Positions 57,609-60,641 of a DNA stretch of 60,641 bases are shown here, piece by piece. Every line of letters begins with the position of its first letter. Positions within the stretch are counted from its first letter, which is position 1. The position numbers and the translations under genes are program-made. The notes below the pieces were generated by a model. It was not told the origin of the DNA. It worked only from the letters and a program-made list of their open reading frames with translations, and searched no databases. This stretch comes from Campylobacteraceae bacterium (GTDB lineage Bacteria; Campylobacterota; Campylobacteria; Campylobacterales; Arcobacteraceae): positions 1 to 60,641 of the forward strand of contig JABSOL010000003.1 in the NCBI GenBank assembly GCA_013215985.1, in the 5' to 3' direction.

Positions 57609-57863
57609 ATGCACATTTATGTTGGAAACCTATCATACAGAATGGATGATAAAGATTTAGAAGAAATTTTTGCTAAATTTGGCGTAGTTACAAACTCAAC
57701 TGTTATTACAGATAAAGATACAGGAAGATCAAAAGGTTTTGGTTTTATAGAGATGGAAATATCTGATGAAGCTAAACTTGCGATTGATGCTTTAAATGGT
57801 AACGATTGTGAAGGTAGAGTTTTAAGAGTTAATGAAGCTCAAGAAAAACAAAGTAAAGATTAG
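57609..57863 (+). CDS. RNA-binding protein with a single RRM domain
   Basis: RNP-2 IYVGNL and RNP-1 KGFGFIEM; 84 aa. Confidence 0.9.
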   Translation: MHIYVGNLSYRMDDKDLEEIFAKFGVVTNSTVITDKDTGRSKGFGFIEMEISDEAKLAIDALNGNDCEGRVLRVNEAQEKQSKD

Positions 57864-57868
57864 AGTAA

Positions 57869-57896
57869 AAACTTAAAGCTTTAAAGCTTTGAGTTT
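57869..57896 (+). terminator. Terminator after the RRM gene
   Basis: AAACTTAAAGC-TTTAAA-GCTTTGAGTTT, an 11-bp stem with one G-U pair. Confidence 0.55.
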
Positions 57897-58039
57897 ATTC
57901 TATTTATAATAATATTTATTACTTTCAATCAATTCCCCATAAAATCATTTTAAACACATCTAAAGGCATTTTTATATAATCACAAGCTTTACTATTGAAT
58001 TATTTAATAAGATGGCCTATAAGCTAAGTATAAATCAGC

Positions 58040-58471
58040 TTATTTTTCATTTTTTTGCCATAAATTATATATTTCATTATTCCAAAAACTCTGAAAATAT
58101 GATATTACATTTTTTATTTCATTTTCATTTAATGTATTTTTAAAAGAAGGCATTAGTCCATCATAAGATTTTCCACCATCTGAAATAATATTTTTTAAAC
58201 TTACAAGTGAGTGATGCCAAGAATGAGCTGAACCATTTAAAGGTGGAGGAGGATAATGTCCATTTTTATTTATTTTTTTCCATTTACTAATGCCTTGTGC
58301 ATTAATCTTATGACAAGAAATACAATTTTCTAAATATATCTTTTTACCAGCTATAACATTCTCTTTTTTGTACCAGCGTTCATTATCATTAGAATTATAA
58401 ACATAAATTAGCATAGTTATAAATGTAATGATTATTATCTTCTTATTGATCATAAACTTAATGTTTTTCAT
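58040..58471 (-). CDS. Membrane-anchored or secreted mono-haem c-type cytochrome
   Basis: CISCH haem-binding motif, distal Met candidate (GLMPSF) and an N-terminal hydrophobic segment. Overlaps the upstream DUF411 gene by 14 nt. Confidence 0.8.
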   Translation of the reverse strand: MKNIKFMINKKIIIITFITMLIYVYNSNDNERWYKKENVIAGKKIYLENCISCHKINAQGISKWKKINKNGHYPPPPLNGSAHSWHHSLVSLKNIISDGGKSYDGLMPSFKNTLNENEIKNVISYFQSFWNNEIYNLWQKNEK

Positions 58472-58907
58472 ATATACTTGTTGAGCCGTCTTTTTTGATT
58501 GATATTACATTATATTTATGTTTTATATTGTTTTGTTCCATTCCTGGAGAACCTAGAGGCATTCCTGGTACTGCAATTCCTACAACATTTTTTGGTTTTT
58601 CTTTTAATAGTTTTTTTATTGCTGAATAATCTACATGTCCTTCAATAAAATAACCATCAATAATAGCCGTATGACAAGAAGAAAATTTAGACTTAACTCC
58701 AACTTTTTTCTTTATATCATTCATTTCATTAGTTTTTATAACTGTTATATCAAAACCTTTTTTCTTCATTATATCTGTCCATGCAGTACAACAACCACAG
58801 AATGGAGACTTGTATACAGTCATCTTCTTTGATTCAAGGGCATAAGAACTTGTTGATATAATTGATATAATTAATAAAGTTTTCTTTATAAAAGAATTTG
58901 TTTTCAT
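58458..58907 (-). CDS. copG: DUF411 / CopG-family periplasmic copper-binding protein
   Basis: Signal peptide. Motifs FCGCC, SCHTAIIDGYFIEGHV and VPGMPLGSPGME, characteristic of DUF411. Confidence 0.8.
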   Translation of the reverse strand: MKTNSFIKKTLLIISIISTSSYALESKKMTVYKSPFCGCCTAWTDIMKKKGFDITVIKTNEMNDIKKKVGVKSKFSSCHTAIIDGYFIEGHVDYSAIKKLLKEKPKNVVGIAVPGMPLGSPGMEQNNIKHKYNVISIKKDGSTSIYEKH

Positions 58908-59128
58908 TATCTTTCACCTTTATTAATATGATTTCTTAAATCATCAAATTGTTCTTTGCTAATTTCACCTCTTGCTAATCTCTTTTTCAATATATCAAAA
59001 GCTGATTCAACATTCACATTATTATTTGATCTAAAAATTGAAGAGATAATATAAAAGAATATTATCCAAAAAACGAACATTGCTAAACCATGAAATATTG
59101 TCATATTCATATCCATATAGTACATCAT
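58907..59128 (-). CDS. Small membrane protein with a SHOCT domain
   Basis: One TM helix followed by ILKKRLARGEISKEQFDDLRNHI (SHOCT pattern). 1-nt overlap with the copG-like gene. Confidence 0.7.
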   Translation of the reverse strand: MMYYMDMNMTIFHGLAMFVFWIIFFYIISSIFRSNNNVNVESAFDILKKRLARGEISKEQFDDLRNHINKGER

Positions 59129-59248
59129 CTTTTATCCTTTATTCTTTATATTATATATGTTTTCTGTGTATGAAATGTGCAGAGTGAATAATTCTTATGT
59201 AAAATGATAATTAAAAATCATTATGATATACTTTTGTAAGGATTGGAA

Positions 59249-59905
59249 ATGCATATATTATTATTAGAAGATGATTTATTGTTAAACGAAATTATTGAAG
59301 AACATTTAATTGAATCTTCTCATAATGTAGTCTCTGTTTATAATGGGATTGATGCAGAAGAAGAGTTATATTCAAAGAAGTTTGATTTACTTCTTTTAGA
59401 TGTAAATGTACCTGGTATTAATGGATTTGAACTTTTAAAAGAATTAAGAGAAAAAGAAATTTATACTCCTGCAATTTTTTTAACATCATTAAATATGGTA
59501 GAAGACGTTGAAAAAGGATTTTTATCTGGTTGTGATGACTATATTAAAAAACCATTTGATTTAAAAGAACTTGATTTAAGAATCAATAATATAAAAAGAA
59601 TATTTAAAATAGCCCAGAACAAAAATTTAGAATTATCAAATAATTTATTTTTTGATAAAAAGAATCTACTTATAATAAAGAATGAAGAAGAATTGAAAAT
59701 ATCTCAAAAAGAGTCGGAAGTTCTTGAATATTTAATTAATAATAAAAATAAAATAGTAAGTGTAGATGAATTATCACTAAACGTTTGGTCGTATGAAGAT
59801 TCCCCCTCTGCTCCGACTATTAGAACTTATATTAAGAATATAAGAAAGATTTTAGGGCAAGAACATGTTATCAATATAAGAGGAGTAGGTTATAAATTTA
59901 ACTAA
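59249..59905 (+). CDS. OmpR-family response regulator (CusR/CopR-like by context)
   Basis: Receiver domain (ILLLEDD..LLLDVNVP..KP) and winged helix (ISQKESEVLEYL.., IRGVGYKF). I prefer ATG 59249 (AAGGA 6 nt upstream) over the TTG at 59243. Confidence 0.85.
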   Translation: MHILLLEDDLLLNEIIEEHLIESSHNVVSVYNGIDAEEELYSKKFDLLLLDVNVPGINGFELLKELREKEIYTPAIFLTSLNMVEDVEKGFLSGCDDYIKKPFDLKELDLRINNIKRIFKIAQNKNLELSNNLFFDKKNLLIIKNEEELKISQKESEVLEYLINNKNKIVSVDELSLNVWSYEDSPSAPTIRTYIKNIRKILGQEHVINIRGVGYKFN

Positions 59906-60641
59906 AAGTGAGAAAAAAACATTATTTAGATTTTTAGGCTTTTATTTAGGGTCTTCTTTAATATTAATGTTATTACTTTCTTTATTATATTACAAAAGTG
60001 AAAAAGATTCATATTTTAATTTACTAAAATCTCAAATGCATAATAAATCTTCTTTTATATCTTCTAAAATAACTTATTCACATATGCTAAATAAAAAAAT
60101 AGATATAAAAACATTAATTAGTGACCTTGATTATTCTATTTCTTTATATTCTATTGATAAAAAAAAGATTATTGGCAACTTAGATCATATAAATGAATTT
60201 GATCAACATATTTATGAGAAAGATAATAAGTATATTTTAATTGATGACTCAGCGTTAGGTCATTTAGGTGTATTTTATATTGTTATTGAAGAAAACTTAT
60301 TTTATAAAAAGGTAAAATAACTTGAAATAGATATAATTATTTTTTGTTTACTATTTTATTCTATTATTACATTAATTGGTTTTTACTTGTCAAGATTATT
60401 TGTTCAACCTATTAAAGAAGAAAGAATAAGATTAGATAATTTTATAAAAGATACTACCCATGAGTTAAATACTCCAATAACTGCAATTTTAATGTCTTGT
60501 GAATCAAATAATTTAAGTGAAAAACAAATTCAAAGAATAAGACTTAGGGCAAATTAGATTTCCGAAATTTATAAAGACCTAACTTATGTTTTTTTAAAAA
60601 ATAAAGATAAAGAAAAGATTTATGAGTTCTTAAATTTAAAT
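59889..60641 (+). pseudogene. Disrupted sensor histidine kinase (partner of the upstream regulator); continues beyond the window
   Basis: A single reading frame encodes TM1 (KSEKKTLFRFLGFYLGSSLILMLLLSLLYY), a periplasmic segment, TM2 and the H-box (FIKDTTHELNTPITAIL). It has no canonical start before TM1 and is interrupted by in-frame TAA (60318-60320) and TAG (60555-60557). Confidence 0.7.

Noticed and set aside
1384-58832. ORF-track entries lying antisense to or out of frame within well-supported genes: 1384-1602, 4336-4614, 11095-11307, 20099-20329, 25432-25764, 26784-27068, 29137-29337, 29775-30080, 33788-33997, 42207-42575, 48516-48779, 49502-49732, 49786-49992, 51935-52138, 52560-52787, 58635-58832.
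   Set aside because: Each overlaps a longer ORF that has clear family motifs. Their translations are low-complexity Phe/Leu/Ser/Ile-rich strings typical of antisense reading of AT-rich, Lys/Glu/Asn-rich genes. No SD or family signature was seen.
59201-59222. Fur-box-like or CusR-box-like sequence AAAATGATAATTAAAAATCATT in the divergent copper-cluster promoter.
   Set aside because: It needs a 1-nt insertion to align with the 19-bp Fur consensus and does not match the CusR/CopR box I recall. It is retained only as a generic AATGAT-N8-ATCATT inverted repeat within the CopG finding.
1-60641. Scan for rRNA, tRNA, CRISPR arrays, IS elements/transposases, integrases, prophage genes, and long G/C homopolymer phase-variation tracts.
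   Set aside because: I saw no GC-rich cloverleaf-like segments, no regularly spaced direct repeats with unique spacers, no transposase- or integrase-like ORFs, and no G or C run longer than 5. A dedicated tRNA or ncRNA scan could still find small RNAs that I cannot detect by eye.

Overview
This is a visibly AT-rich, gene-dense bacterial chromosomal segment with about 62 protein-coding genes. I recognised no rRNA, tRNA, CRISPR array, transposase or integrase. Several signatures point to a Campylobacterota (Arcobacter/Aliarcobacter-like) genome; that assignment is inference only. They are RNase J with a long N-terminal extension next to rsmA, a small RRM protein, HemJ, CcoG, GatB, LutABC, and sensor kinases with an H-box of the HQ(W/F)xxPL type.

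Most genes are housekeeping: pgm/pmm, proA, trxA, gpsA, gatB, accBC, a DEAD-box helicase, PiT, asnB, rarA, rluB-like, kpsF, rnj, rsmA, hisF, rlmN and gltX. There is also a YejABEF-type ABC importer.

Observations worth a second look:
1. Two perfect consensus parS centromere sites (TGTTTCACGTGAAACA) lie inside 34-bp and 28-bp palindromes in a 421-bp gene-free spacer (54567-54987).
2. A 12-kb minus-strand block combines a Dld-like FAD/Fe-S dehydrogenase, a TakP-like TRAP transporter, a two-component system with a solute-binding-fold sensor, and lutABC. This is a candidate lactate/2-oxoacid island. It has an 11-bp-phased direct repeat upstream of dctP.
3. A shared TAGACATAAA box is also found in the autoregulatory-looking promoter of a distant small RHH gene. 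That gene is coupled to an orphan lipoprotein paralog of the TRAP binding protein.
4. A 131-aa Phd/YefM-like gene sits immediately downstream of a PIN-PhoH (PhoH2) gene. It is bracketed by a duplicated hairpin, which looks like a 493-bp cassette inserted into a former shared terminator.
5. A SHOCT-CopG(DUF411)-cytochrome c operon lies next to a response regulator whose partner sensor kinase is decayed: no canonical start and two in-frame stop codons.
6. The DEAD-box helicase has a near-identical 57-nt tandemly repeated SR/RGG-like C-terminal tail.
7. A helically phased AAATATG repeat lies in the comEB/accB divergent promoter region.

All coordinates of small motifs were counted by hand and may be off by 1-2 nt. 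No database search or folding computation was possible.
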